DNA of 63,991 nt, filler included, from an uncultured bacterium (GTDB lineage: Bacteria; Hinthialibacterota; Hinthialibacteria; Hinthialibacterales; Hinthialibacteraceae): the NCBI GenBank assembly GCA_964449065.1. It is 7 parts of 7 records of this genome, joined end to end, with 100 filler letters (N's around TTAATTAATTAA, not from the genome) between each part and the next. Parts side by side here need not be neighbours in the genome. Positions count along the whole stretch, not along the records: positions 46,883 to 55,954 come from CAYVAZ010000205.1; positions 56,055 to 63,991 come from CAYVAZ010000244.1; 5 more parts are not named here. One strand, written 5' to 3'. The notes beneath the pieces were generated by a model that saw only the letters and a program-made list of their open reading frames with translations, was not told the DNA's origin and ran no database searches. The position numbers and the translations under genes are program-made. This document shows positions 50,655-61,765 of the stretch, in pieces. Numbering within the stretch: the stretch's first letter is position 1; each line of letters starts with the position of its first letter.

Positions 50655-51329
50655 TTACTCATCCAACTGTATTTTGATTTGTCTTGCTACTTCTTTACCC
50701 AAGAGGGTTGAGCCTTCATCCGTAAAATGCACATTCTCCGGTCGTTGAATTTCATCCAAGCGCGGCTTGGCGAATGTGTATAGGTCGTTGATCGCGATGC
50801 CGTGCTTTTTCATGATTTTTTCAGCGGCTTGATTGTATTGAACTTCGTCCCCCGGTACACGTTTGGGGCGCAGGTCGCCTTCCGGAACAGGCGTGGTGCT
50901 GCACCAAATCAGTTTCGCTCCGGTTTGCTTTAAGCGTTTCACCAAGCGTTCTAAGTTCAGCTTGTATTGCTCTAATAGTACTTGATGATGTCCATCCGGC
51001 ATGTACTTTAAATCATGTAATCCCCAATTGAAGTGAATGACATCCCATTTGGATTTGCCCAGCCATTCTTCAATGCGTTCCAGGCCGCGAAAGGTGGGGC
51101 CGCCGTTGGTGGGGATGCGGTGCACATTGGCAATGCCCTGCAACGCTTGCCGCACCGGTACGGTATATCCGATTGAAATTGAATCCCCAATCAGCAGCAC
51201 ACGGGGCAGACTGGGGATATCCGCAATGTCTTCAAACGCGGGGTTTTGCGCGCTCACATAAAGGGAACCAAGAAAAATCACTGCCGCAAGTAATATTCGT
51301 ATAAGGTATTTTCCGGGACGATATTTCAT
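50655..51329 (-). CDS. SGNH/GDSL hydrolase, exported
   Basis: LIGDSIS, FNWGLHD, NVHF; signal peptide. Confidence 0.9.
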   Translation of the reverse strand: MKYRPGKYLIRILLAAVIFLGSLYVSAQNPAFEDIADIPSLPRVLLIGDSISIGYTVPVRQALQGIANVHRIPTNGGPTFRGLERIEEWLGKSKWDVIHFNWGLHDLKYMPDGHHQVLLEQYKLNLERLVKRLKQTGAKLIWCSTTPVPEGDLRPKRVPGDEVQYNQAAEKIMKKHGIAINDLYTFAKPRLDEIQRPENVHFTDEGSTLLGKEVARQIKIQLDE

Positions 51330-51336
51330 GAAGCAA

Positions 51337-51951
51337 TCAGTTTAATCCCCTCTGCTTTGAATTCTTGCTGTAATACGCTTCGCCGCGGAAGATATCCCCC
51401 ACCGAGTTCAACCCGTTGGTGGAATCATACGAGACCCCGCCCAGCCATCCGGCCCCAGGAATTCCTTGATTGGCATTCACGTACGATAAATCCGGCCCCG
51501 GGCTGCCGATTTTCCACGTGGAATCCCGCCATGCTTTATACCACCCGTGATTCGGATTGCCGTCATAGCCGTGAAATTCTTCTGTGCCATAATCATAAGA
51601 CAGTGGGCCGTTGGGGCCGCCAATCCGATGGTGGGGAGAACCTTCTAACACATCCTGAGCTTGAAACACATCTGGAATCACATTACTCATGTAGGATACC
51701 GGGGTGGTTAACATCACATACGAATACACCCAGCCATGACTTGGCGTGCCCACATCGCCGGGAGGTCTTCCGTTATCGACACGGTACATGGTCAATGCCG
51801 TCGCTAACGAACGCAAATCCGATTCCACTCTGGATAACTTCGCCCGCACCTGAGCGTTTAAGAAATTCGGCACGGCAATCGCCGCAAGAATACCAATAAT
51901 GGCAACTACTATCAACAATTCAATCAGGGTAAAACCGTTTCTCTTCATCAC
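51337..51951 (-). CDS. Prepilin-type N-terminal cleavage/methylation domain protein
   Basis: [56 protein letters not shown]. Confidence 0.92.
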   Translation of the reverse strand: MMKRNGFTLIELLIVVAIIGILAAIAVPNFLNAQVRAKLSRVESDLRSLATALTMYRVDNGRPPGDVGTPSHGWVYSYVMLTTPVSYMSNVIPDVFQAQDVLEGSPHHRIGGPNGPLSYDYGTEEFHGYDGNPNHGWYKAWRDSTWKIGSPGPDLSYVNANQGIPGAGWLGGVSYDSTNGLNSVGDIFRGEAYYSKNSKQRGLN

Positions 51952-52040
51952 TTTTCTCCCATATAAATATCAGTTTATCCGTATCCTATCACAAATTTAT
52001 GCTATGGGAAATCCTATGATTCAATTTTACACTTTCTAAC

Positions 52041-52073
52041 AAAAAGGCTCCCAGCCGAAGCCAAGAGCCTTTC
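52041..52073 (-). terminator. Probable intrinsic terminator
   Basis: AAAAAGGCTC...GAGCCTTT hairpin just downstream of the 52096 stop. Confidence 0.55.
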
Positions 52074-52095
52074 CCAATTCATCTTTAGTATCACT

Positions 52096-52944
52096 TTAGT
52101 ACAACGACCAGGATGCCACTCCCGTACCGCCGCCGGTCGGGGTTCTGTTTGGATCAACATCCCCGTGGATTGAATATTCAACCGCGTTGGCAATCATTTT
52201 CAATCCATCTTCCGAATAATTTTCGAACAAAATAACTCCCGCGCCATCATCTTCAAAATAGCGCAGCAGTGAGAAGAAAACGATACGGTTTTCATGAGAA
52301 GCGGTACCGCCGTCAAAGAACAACCCCGGCTCGCTCCAGTCCACAATCGCGGAGAGAAACGTTAAATCCGTCTCGGCCACCAACACACCGTTGCCGACAT
52401 CCCCCGCTGTATCCAAGGCGTTGATATCCATCGGCACACCTTCATCAAACATACGCGCAAGATTCCCGTCTATGGTAACATCGGTCATGATGGGATGATC
52501 CATTTGATCATCAACGACCCACAAGAATTCCGTGTTGTCCGTTGCTTGCCCGCCCGGAATCCACTGCCAACGGCTGTCACGCGGTGTAAACGAACTGCCG
52601 TTCAACATAGGAACCGTCAAACCGTTCCACTGCTCAATCCCGTCGCCAAAGTCGCCGCTATTGGTAGAACGGTGAAACAAAACCAAGTCATGGCTCTCTA
52701 AAGTAGCCACTTGGTCAGCCGATAACACGCCGTGAAACGCGCTGTCGTCATCCATCCGCTCGCCCGGCGCTTCAATGCCCGGGTCAACAGCCACTGCATA
52801 CCCCAAATCCCGCAAAAAATCCCCCAGATTGCCTTCACCCGGCTGTTCCAATTGCGGGTCGTCAGTCACAATAAAGATCGACTGACTTTGCACCATCGAT
52901 ACCGTCGCCAACAATACACTTACTGCCAACAAAGTTCTTTTCAT
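52096..52944 (-). CDS. Secreted acidic hypothetical protein with C-terminal W-x-L-Y tail
   Basis: GGAGGA RBS; MKRTLLAVSVLL signal peptide; ends GGGTGVASWSLY. Confidence 0.8.
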   Translation of the reverse strand: MKRTLLAVSVLLATVSMVQSQSIFIVTDDPQLEQPGEGNLGDFLRDLGYAVAVDPGIEAPGERMDDDSAFHGVLSADQVATLESHDLVLFHRSTNSGDFGDGIEQWNGLTVPMLNGSSFTPRDSRWQWIPGGQATDNTEFLWVVDDQMDHPIMTDVTIDGNLARMFDEGVPMDINALDTAGDVGNGVLVAETDLTFLSAIVDWSEPGLFFDGGTASHENRIVFFSLLRYFEDDGAGVILFENYSEDGLKMIANAVEYSIHGDVDPNRTPTGGGTGVASWSLY

Positions 52945-53540
52945 AATACTTCCTCCCAAAATATATGTTTTTAATTGGATTATTACCCTAACAAAATCTG
53001 AATCCAATTTCTAGGGAAAAATCGGTTTATCTATAAAAAAAACTCCCGGCGAATCCCGAAAGCCCTTTTCGTTTTGGATATTTACCGATTTAGTGAATAA
53101 CCCATTCCATAACATCCGCCAAAAAGATATCCGCAAAGTCCCATTAACGTTGAGGATGAATGAGGCGCTTTCACGGTCATTCCCATTGCAGCCGGTTTGA
53201 GATTTCACCAAGATAATTCAGATAATCCTATATATAGAAGCCAGGAAAATTAAGAATAAAGTATTGAAAAAATTATACTAATAAAATTACATCATATTAA
53301 AAAGATAATGCTATGTAATGAAATATCTCTCCAGTATTATTGTCGTCATAAAACATTTTTTTTTGATATTTCAATTACAATTCTCTATAAATTATGATAA
53401 TATAGGCAATCTCCCTATGATTATTTTCTAGCATCTGGAGTTGCGGAATCTTTTCGTATTTATACATTTGAGCGAATCATTATGTTTACACAAAACGGTT
53501 CCGTAGGAATTTTGCTGAACGGTTCAATCTCTTTTAAAGC

Positions 53541-54986
53541 GTGAATGAAACGATGGCAAATAATCAAGGCTATATCCAAGAATTAATGCAGGCCTACAGC
53601 ATCGAAGACCTGACCAACTTGGATGACGAATTAAATAAGTTGGGTGTCATGGAGGATGAAAATGCCTCCTCGAAAGTCGAACATCCTTTGTTGCAGCAAC
53701 TTCTTCCCAAAGTCAAAGAAGGGTTAGACCTGCGCGAAATCATCCGCGAAGAAATCCACAAACGCGTGCAGGCCAACTTCGCCGGCCAGCAGGGCTTAAG
53801 CCATCCCAGCACCAAACAAAAAGTTTTTGAGAAAAAGTTAGAACTCTACGATATTCTCGATCATCTGGACGAACACATCGCCGGCAAAAGCGTCGAAGAA
53901 ATCGCCGCCTTCTTCTCTTCCCTCATGGAAATCGTCAGCCAATTGTGTTTACAGCAAACCGATGGCGTGGTTGTGGTCAAAACCCGTTTGCAAAACTTCT
54001 TCGACCCCGCTTCCGTTTCGCAAACCATCCCCCGCGAGTTCATGCAGGAAATCAACCTCATCTTTTCGCCGGAAGAAATCACATCCTTGCACATGAAACT
54101 CCCGGATATCCCCGAGAGCGACCCCTTCAAGCCGCTGTTCACCACCATCCTGGATCAGTCCTATGATATGGTGCGCTTCAATGAACTCAGCGGCCAGCTG
54201 CTCATCTTTATGACGAAATATTTCATCAAAAAGCTGGAAGATGAGGGCTATGGCAGCGACGCCAAAGTGCTTGAATTCGCCGAACGCCATGTGCGCTCTA
54301 AACAAGCGTTTCAAAAGGCGCTCAACGATCTGAAAGTGCTGGAAGAAGTCATCGAAAAGCATTTAACCGACCGTCCCATCCTCAACGAGTTCCCCAAATA
54401 TTTACGCATTTTACTTCAAATTAAAGCGGGGCTGGTACAAGCAACCTATTTGCAGCGGGTGCTGGTCAGCATCCAAAAAAAATGCGCCGAGTACGCCAAA
54501 GCCCGAAAATCGGTTGCCTTTGATTTCAACAAGCTCCCCAACTATCAGCATGAACTGCACCTGCGCCAGGCGATCATCCTCTCGCTGCAAAAGGATGCGC
54601 TGAAATACACCATGAAACACCTGCAAGCGGAATTCGCCGCCGTCCAGGAAGAGTTGCAACGTTTGTTGGGAGATATCGAAGTCATGTCGGAAACGCTTGA
54701 TCCCTCCTCCCCGGAATACCAGGCGCTGCTGGAAAAGAAAAACAAGCTGCAAACCAAGTTGGAACACGCGCGCAAAAAGATGGATATCGTCAAAAGCCAA
54801 TACAAGTTGGTGGATGTGCAGCACATGCTGGTCAAAGAATCCATCCAGCGCTTTAAAGAGCAGCAAAGTTCCACCGCGGAAACACCCGAAATCCGCCCCT
54901 CCGCCAAAATCAAGACCGGCACCACCCCGCAAAAGCAAAAGAAAAAGCCCCAGCGCATGGTCATGGCCCGCAACCTGCGCTCGTAA
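53541..54986 (+). CDS. Hypothetical coiled-coil protein
   Basis: Long helical ORF with host-like codon usage and a basic C-terminal tail. Confidence 0.75.
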   Translation: MNETMANNQGYIQELMQAYSIEDLTNLDDELNKLGVMEDENASSKVEHPLLQQLLPKVKEGLDLREIIREEIHKRVQANFAGQQGLSHPSTKQKVFEKKLELYDILDHLDEHIAGKSVEEIAAFFSSLMEIVSQLCLQQTDGVVVVKTRLQNFFDPASVSQTIPREFMQEINLIFSPEEITSLHMKLPDIPESDPFKPLFTTILDQSYDMVRFNELSGQLLIFMTKYFIKKLEDEGYGSDAKVLEFAERHVRSKQAFQKALNDLKVLEEVIEKHLTDRPILNEFPKYLRILLQIKAGLVQATYLQRVLVSIQKKCAEYAKARKSVAFDFNKLPNYQHELHLRQAIILSLQKDALKYTMKHLQAEFAAVQEELQRLLGDIEVMSETLDPSSPEYQALLEKKNKLQTKLEHARKKMDIVKSQYKLVDVQHMLVKESIQRFKEQQSSTAETPEIRPSAKIKTGTTPQKQKKKPQRMVMARNLRS

Positions 54987-55498
54987 GAAGCCGGCAACAA
55001 TCGGTTTGTTTTGGTGAGCATCCGTTTGCAGCCGGTAAATCTATTGGATTTTTTCAAAAACACAATAACCGCAAAAAACAGCCTTGACCAAGCATGGGCT
55101 TGCAAAAACATGTAACCCATTGATATATTGAATGTTACTGTATGAGTGTGGTCAAATCTACAACAAGGATTGCCGTATATTTAACCACATATATATATTA
55201 TTTTTATGGCAGACAATCACATTTTTTTCTGCTATGATGTCTTCTTATTTTGCACGCTTTAATTGAAAAAACGTGTTGAAATGAGCAAGACACAAGAAAA
55301 AAAACAAAATATATTATCAGCGAAAGAGAGGTATTATGGGGCGCAGGAGATCAAATTTATTTGTTGGTTTNNNNNNNNNNGGCAGACAAATATATTTTTT
55401 CTGCTATGATACATTCTAATTTTGCATGCTTAAATTGAAAAACGTATTGAAATGATCAAATCACAAGAAAAATATATTATCAGCGAAGGAGAAATATC

Positions 55499-55954
55499 AT
55501 GGGACGCAGGAGATCAAATTTATTTGTTGGTTTGGCTGTATTCGTTTTGTTCGGGATGGCAGGGTGGCAGGGGCATGACGCTTGCAGTCAAACCACCACC
55601 CGCGTGAGCGTGGATAGCAGCGGGGTTCAAGGGAATAGTCACAGTGGGGAACCCTCAATCTCAGCGGATGGCAGGTTTGTGGCATTTGAATCATGGGCCA
55701 ACAATTTAGTGGCAGGGGATACCAATTTAACATCAGATATTTTTGTGCGTGATACCTTGCTGAACACCACCACCCGCGTGAGCGTGGATAGCAGCGGGGT
55801 TCAAGGGAATAGTAACAGTTGGGTACCCTCAATCTCAGCGGATGGCAGGTTTGTGGCATTTGAATCTTTTGCCAACAATTTAGTGGCAGGGGATAGCAAT
55901 GTTAGTATAGATGTTTTTGTGCGTGATACCTTGTTGAACACCACCACCCTCGTG
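55499..55954 (+). CDS. Secreted TolB/PD40-like beta-propeller repeat protein, 3' partial
   Basis: Signal peptide; 58-aa repeats TTRVSVDSSG...PSISADGRFVAFES.ANNLVAGD.N...D.FVRD. Confidence 0.85.
55592..55954 (+). repeat. 174-bp coding tandem repeat
   Basis: Units start at 55592, 55766 and 55940. Confidence 0.9.
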
Positions 55955-56054
55955 NNNNNNNNNNNNNNNNNNNNNNNNNNNNNNNNNNNNNNNNNNNNTT
56001 AATTAATTAANNNNNNNNNNNNNNNNNNNNNNNNNNNNNNNNNNNNNNNNNNNN
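55955..56054. other. Artificial contig linker
   Basis: N44-TTAATTAATTAA-N44. Confidence 0.97.
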
Positions 56055-56501
56055 AAAAACCATTTTTCAAGCAATCGTCAATCATGGATTGCGTAACATC
56101 AGTGAATAATTCATACCAAACATAGGTGGGATCATTCCGTTTTGGCATTTCCCACCTATGTAAAATATTTAAATGCTCTAAACATACAAACGGATTGAGA
56201 TGAGCGGATTAAGATGAACGGATTAACGCATCGGCTTCCAGCCGGTACGTCATTCCGTCCAACTTAATGTGAATATACTTGAAAGTAGTTGTTCCAACAA
56301 TGTTTTTGGGAGGGCGAGGCTCCCGCCGAGCTAGGTTTTGGAGGGCGAGGCTCCCGCCGAGCCGGAAGTACGCATCATTCCAATCCAAAAGCATTTTTGG
56401 CAACATCGCTTTAAATAATCAAAAAGCCCAAAATGGGCACCGTATTAGTCTGTCAATCTAAAAATGATGGCTAGCCATCCTTTGTTTCCCCCCTTGTTAA
56501 G

Positions 56502-56969
56502 CTACTCTCTGTACATATCTTTATGTTACGCAAAGTTCTAAAAGTGGCGGGGAGCATCGGCTTCCAGCCGGTGTGTCAATCTCTATGCCATAGCGGTACA
56601 CTTGCCCGATTCAAACAAACCCTATTTCATGAAATAGAAAATATCCCTGCATATTCGCGTCCATGATAGACGATATAGTTGTTAAAATCCGATGGACCGA
56701 AATCGGTAAAGTCGTTATTCGCGTATATTGGCGTGTATTCGCGGTTTTAATCATTCAGGGACATCTGTAACTCAAGATGATTTGTGTACGGCGAGTAGGT
56801 CAGCGATATGAAGTGCGCTTTCAAAAAATCGAATCGATTTACTCATGCCTCCCCCAATGCAATGGGGGAGGCTAGGTGGGGGTTAAACGCTCAGTGCTTC
56901 AAACCCTTCCCAAACCCCTCCCACCTTTGGAAGGAGATATTTCTCTTCAAGCGGCTGACCTATTACTAG
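56502..56969. mobile_element. Composite non-autonomous IS4-end element with nested family-B MITE
   Basis: Ends CTACTCTCTGTACA (56502) and TGTACGGCGAGTAG (56785-56798); 9-bp direct repeat CTTGTTAAG at 56493-56501 and 56970-56978. Confidence 0.6.
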
Positions 56970-57097
56970 CTTGTTAAGGGGGGCTAAGGGGGATCGATAC
57001 CCGTCAATAAAACGTTGACACTATACTAGACTTCAAAATAGCAGCAGTATAAAATTCGACCGCCACTGTAAAAATCGTACGGGATAAAGGAGGCAAA

Positions 57098-57487
57098 GTG
57101 GAATTTGTAAAGGTTTTATGTCTTTTCATTCTTACCGCGTTAGCGGAGATTGTCGGCTGTTATCTCCCGTATCTCTGGCTCAAGCAAGGGTACGGTGCCT
57201 GGCTGCTTGTTCCGGCCGCGTTCAGCCTCGCGGCATTCGCTTTTCTGCTCACACTTCACCCGCACGCGGCGGGCCGGGTATATGCCGCGTATGGTGGGGT
57301 CTACATTGGTGTTGCGCTTTTATGGCTTTGGGCCGTTGATTCGGTTCGGCCCACCATCACAGATTTCGTCGGCGTTGCCGTATGCCTGTTTGGTATGGCC
57401 ATCATCATGTTGGGACCGCGTCATGAACAACCAATCACTCCAACCGAAGTCCCTGCCGCTGCTTCAAAGAGCCAAGACCACCCTTAA
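57098..57487 (+). CDS. ynfA: YnfA (UPF0060) SMR-like membrane protein
   Basis: [40 protein letters not shown]. Confidence 0.9.
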   Translation: MEFVKVLCLFILTALAEIVGCYLPYLWLKQGYGAWLLVPAAFSLAAFAFLLTLHPHAAGRVYAAYGGVYIGVALLWLWAVDSVRPTITDFVGVAVCLFGMAIIMLGPRHEQPITPTEVPAAASKSQDHP

Positions 57488-57742
57488 CGCTGACCATTAG
57501 GCTGACTTTAATACCAGTACTGTGTCAACGATTGATTGAAGGGAGGCGATCCCCCCTACCCCAATTTCATTGCCTTAATGACTGATGTTACGCAAAAATT
57601 GATTAACTATTGCTTGATAAACGATTTTTGTTGTGATCCAACTATTCCAATACCAAGTTGCAGTGAAAATAGTATTTATACATTGCCTTACGATTGTAGG
57701 GGCCGCCCCCCGTGCCTGCCTTGTGTGGGGTAACCACGGGGG

Positions 57743-57888
57743 CAAAGTCATTGATTTAAGGTATTAAACTTGAAAACGCAACATCTTCTCCCCCAAGTTT
57801 GGAGAAGACACAGAGGGGGTTGTGAAGAACGCAATCACTAATTTTTATTACACAAATCCCCCGGAATTTTTTTAAGTCAATGGCATTG
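57743..57888. mobile_element. MITE family A, second copy
   Basis: CAAAGTCATTGA...TCAATGGCATTG ends; flanked by ACCACGGGGG / ACCACGGTGG; body similar to 5209-5372. Confidence 0.6.
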
Positions 57889-58557
57889 ACCACGGTGGGG
57901 GGGGTACCCCTACAAACGAAAAGGAGAAATCACTCACTTTCTTTTTGCAACCTGGTATCAGTCAAACGCAAGGTCTATCGTCTTCTCCCTTAGGAAGAGG
58001 ATAAGAATTGAGGGCGATGAGAGCGATTGCTCCCAATGAAGTAAATCGTGTCCGTAGAGGGCATTGTCTTCATAAGCCCTCACCCCAGCCCTCTCCCGGT
58101 GGGCGAGGGCGTTAAACCCAGCAAAAGATCAGAAAAACCAATATATCATAACCTATGCGTAAGGTGAGGTGCATTTAATACCGCTTTTCTGCAAACAATT
58201 CACAACAAGTAGGGAAGCATAAAAACGATCACCGGCAGTATCCGGCAGGGTGGTCATTTTCATGCGGCACCGCCCCGTGATTCGCGCTTGGCGCCTTTCC
58301 TGCAGGAAGCCGGAAACAAAACTGGGGATGGTTTTCGTTTCCACTCACGGGGAACCGGTTTGATGGCATGTTTGGCGGCATTCCATAAGCCCGCATGATT
58401 CCCAAAATCTGCCGAAAGCAACACCAGGGGCGCCCCTGAATAAAGTTTGAATAAATTATGGTGATAAGAACAGTAAAAAAAAATCAGGTTGAGGCCGTTC
58501 GCGAACCCCATTAATCAATTATCACGGTGTTTTCTGTGTCTCTGTGGTGAAAGAAAT

Positions 58558-59013
58558 ATCGAATAGGGGAAAAAACAAGATCAATCCTATCTGATCCCTC
58601 TCACAGAACCGTACATATGGGTCTCGTATACGGCTCCTGTTGATTCTTCTTCATGGAAGTAAAACAGAAATACCGACATCAACGGTGTTCCTGCGCTTAC
58701 TGCCGCGTCTTTCCCCGATTCACGTTCGGGTCTTCGCTTGAGGTTTCCCGTCTTTTATCCTTTCGGCAATGTACGATGAACGTTCCAATCTATTCCGTTG
58801 TGCATCCGCAAGCCCCAGATTCCCTTTCACAGGTTTCCGCAACTCCTTGCCACACCCCGTCGGGTGTCTTGCCTGTGTTCCGCTTCCTTCCTACCACTTC
58901 CTTCAGACCCCACCGTTGCCAGTGACGCCCTTGCCAGTCGGACTGTCTTCCCCTTGGCCGGGGTGACGTCCGCTTCTTTCAACAAACCAGGTTGCCCGCT
59001 TCGCTGGGCAAAC
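58558..59013 (-). ncRNA. ORF-less group II intron (IIC-like)
   Basis: Minus strand: 5' GTTTGCCC; domain V GAGCCGTATACGAGACCCATATGTACGGTTC; domain VI TGTGAGAGGGA...TCCCCTATTCGAT; starts immediately after a terminator U-tract. Confidence 0.8.
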
Positions 59014-59042
59014 AAAAAAGGAGGGTGTGATCCCTCCTTTTT
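59014..59042 (-). terminator. Intrinsic (bidirectional-type) terminator of the 59068 gene
   Basis: A6-GGAGGG-TGTGAT-CCCTCC-T5. Confidence 0.85.
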
Positions 59043-59067
59043 AGTTGTGAAACCGGTTAACGACTAA

Positions 59068-60651
59068 TTATTGCGCTTCAGAGATACCCTTGAACGCGGC
59101 TGTTACATCACGGAAATTAGGTGCGATGTTTCTATCAAATATTTGGCTTCCAACACGGAACTTGTTCACACCCGGTTGTCCCGGAACCAAAATCGGTTCC
59201 ACTTCCAAGGATCGGAAAACATCGTTCCCAATAGAAATGCTTCTTCCGTTATTTCCGGTACGGGAGATGTTAAAGTCTTCGGCCAAGCCCGCTGTATGAA
59301 CATTTCCAAAACCATCCAATACGGCAATACCAACCGGTGCGCGGTTTTCTTCCAAGCCTAGTGACGGATTGCCTTGGTTGGAAATAACCGCCAAATCACG
59401 GGCAATAGGAATACCAAAGAAAGGCGTAACCGAGTCGGTTTCGATTACTGTACCATCTTCTGTGATTTTCGGTGGGAAAGAGAACTTCGCGTCGCCCACG
59501 GCAAACACCCCGCCAAATTGATCCAGCAAATAAAATCCTTTACCAGATGGTGTAATCTCGATATCCGCGGCCGCGTCAAATCCAAAGAACGGTAAATCAT
59601 CGGGTTCCAAATCCCAAGATGGAGCAATCGGCGCGTTGTTGATCGGGCGTCCAAAATCAGGATTCAACTCGTTTTCTTCAAAGTTTGTGTAGACATCTTC
59701 GAAAGTGACTTGACCATCGTTATTTGTATCAAAATCAAGCGGCAAGCGGGAAGCGTGAACGGCACCAAACCCATCCAGAATGTAATAGCCATTGGTCATT
59801 TTGATTTCACGGGTTTCAATTGCGCCGGCAAATTGACGGGACGGTATGGTAACTTGCGTGGATTGAATGGAAATTTCTAAATCCTTCGCAAGATCAGACC
59901 CGAATCCAAAGTAAGTGAATATCGGAGTCACACTATTTACATTTTGCGCGCCGAACAGGGTGTTCATTGGAATGTTCAAAGGACCGCGCTGCAGTAAGGC
60001 TTCGGGTGTAATCGTGGAGCCGGTGGTGTCGATAGTTTCCGGATACGGGCGGAACACGATTGTGGCGTTGCTGATATCCGTAGAGCTCGGATCGGAATGA
60101 TAAACATATTGGGGAAGGTTGGTGTTTCCCAACGAGTGGACTACACCGTCGGAATCCAGCAAGAAATACCCCTTGAAACCGTTCGTCGTTTCCCGCCAGT
60201 CGGGTGCAATCTCGATATCGCGAACTACATCAAATCCAAAAAATACAGGGACGTTAAACAGCTCGCTGTTGGAACCGACCTCAGCCGGTGAAGAAACCCG
60301 GGCCGGTAAGGGTGCGGTAGCGGGCAAGCCGGGATCCTGCGCCGTGAGAGCGAACTGTCCCCCGCGGTTGTCCACAACATAAGCACCTTTGACGCTGCCG
60401 TCAGGGTTTGCCACCAGTTCAACATCCCGGATGATATCAGAAACAAATCCCAATTTCTGAGAGTTGTCCACCAATTCATCAAACAGGATTGTTCCTACTC
60501 CATCTGCGTCCGCACTAAAAAACCGTCCCAGACCATCCGTCACCAAAATTCGGTTTTGGTTGGCACCGGCAGGTTGAAATTGTGCCGTTGCAATGTTCCC
60601 CGTGAGAACCACCACACATGAAATGCCGAGGAGAAGCCTACTTAGGGCCAT
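59068..60651 (-). CDS. Secreted beta-propeller-like repeat protein
   Basis: AAGGAGGT RBS; signal peptide; repeated FFGFD..RDIEI / GY.LLD.FG.VH motifs. Confidence 0.75.
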   Translation of the reverse strand: MALSRLLLGISCVVVLTGNIATAQFQPAGANQNRILVTDGLGRFFSADADGVGTILFDELVDNSQKLGFVSDIIRDVELVANPDGSVKGAYVVDNRGGQFALTAQDPGLPATAPLPARVSSPAEVGSNSELFNVPVFFGFDVVRDIEIAPDWRETTNGFKGYFLLDSDGVVHSLGNTNLPQYVYHSDPSSTDISNATIVFRPYPETIDTTGSTITPEALLQRGPLNIPMNTLFGAQNVNSVTPIFTYFGFGSDLAKDLEISIQSTQVTIPSRQFAGAIETREIKMTNGYYILDGFGAVHASRLPLDFDTNNDGQVTFEDVYTNFEENELNPDFGRPINNAPIAPSWDLEPDDLPFFGFDAAADIEITPSGKGFYLLDQFGGVFAVGDAKFSFPPKITEDGTVIETDSVTPFFGIPIARDLAVISNQGNPSLGLEENRAPVGIAVLDGFGNVHTAGLAEDFNISRTGNNGRSISIGNDVFRSLEVEPILVPGQPGVNKFRVGSQIFDRNIAPNFRDVTAAFKGISEAQ

Positions 60652-61165
60652 ATCGACCTCCTTAAAGCGCATGAAATTTCATCCCTGATTGTGAAGAAAA
60701 TCACCTGAAACATGTACTCTCCAGGAACCCTCATTCAACTCAAAGACTGGATTGTTAACGTATCCTAAAATACTAAAAAACAAGTATATGCAAAAGAAAC
60801 ATACACTTATAATCATTGGCAGTATAGGTATATCGACTACCAATGTCAAGAGAAAATCTCTTGTCCCAAAAACAAAAGTTGAATAAATCCAGCGGCAAAA
60901 ACTTCAAGGATTTTCATCCGGTATGCCTGACCGCAATCCGCTGCGCCTTATCTTTCATTCTTTGGGTTACAATTTACACTATCTAGTTTATAAATAGAAT
61001 GTAAGATTCGGTCAAGTTTCAGGCAACTTAATTTTAGATTATTTTCGGCTAAACCATACAAAGATTGCTTCGTATATAGTTTCGGCAGATAAATACCAAT
61101 GTAAAATTCTTTTCTGCGTGAAACACATTTCAATCCTTTTATCTTTAAAGGTATTCTGAACGTTC

Positions 61166-61765
61166 ATGCTTATGGTGATTCGGCGCAAACAGAATCCGGT
61201 AAAAAATGACCGGGTCTATATCGGCAAACTTTTAAAACCTCACGGCTTAAAAGGGGAATTAAAATTCCGTCCCTACGGTTGTCCGGCCGGTCTCTTAGAC
61301 CGGTTACAGGTTTTCTATTGCGAATCTTCCGGCAATGGGTTGGAGTTGGAAGCCATTCGCGGAACGGAAGAGACCCCGATTTTAAAATTTAAATCCATCG
61401 ATGACCGTAATGCCTCGGATCGTTTGTGCGGCGAAACACTTTGGGTTCCCGAAACCGACCTCCCTGAATTGGAAGAAGGCTTTATGTACGAATCCGATAT
61501 TCTGTACGCGGAGGTTGAAACGCAGGACGGCACACGAATCGGCCAGGTCACCGACATCATGCAGACCGGAGCCAATGATGTTATGGTCATCAAGGGAAAG
61601 GGACAGGAGTGGCTGTTGCCCATCATCGATGAGGTACTGATCAACATCGACAAATCCAGAAAACGGATAGTGGTAAAATTATTAGAATTCGAAGACGCGC
61701 AATCATCGGATCCAGCACCGCGACAAAAAAACAAAAAACACCCCTCCTCAATACGTGCATCATGA
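61166..61765 (+). CDS. rimM: Ribosome maturation factor RimM
   Basis: IGKLLKPHGLKGELK, LPELEEG, TGANDV; first gene of the trmD-rplS cluster. Confidence 0.93.
   Translation: MLMVIRRKQNPVKNDRVYIGKLLKPHGLKGELKFRPYGCPAGLLDRLQVFYCESSGNGLELEAIRGTEETPILKFKSIDDRNASDRLCGETLWVPETDLPELEEGFMYESDILYAEVETQDGTRIGQVTDIMQTGANDVMVIKGKGQEWLLPIIDEVLINIDKSRKRIVVKLLEFEDAQSSDPAPRQKNKKHPSSIRAS

Noticed and set aside
56300..56365. Tandem 25-bp repeats resembling a CRISPR array
   Set aside because: Only two copies with a spacer of a few nt; same dispersed REP family as 16929 and 18705; no cas genes
58153..58511. GC-rich stretch with two short minus-strand ORFs
   Set aside because: Possibly a gene remnant, but no recognisable family or start signals
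58653..59067. Short ORFs overlapping the intron as a possible maturase
   Set aside because: No RT (YADD) or maturase motifs; the region is better explained as structured RNA
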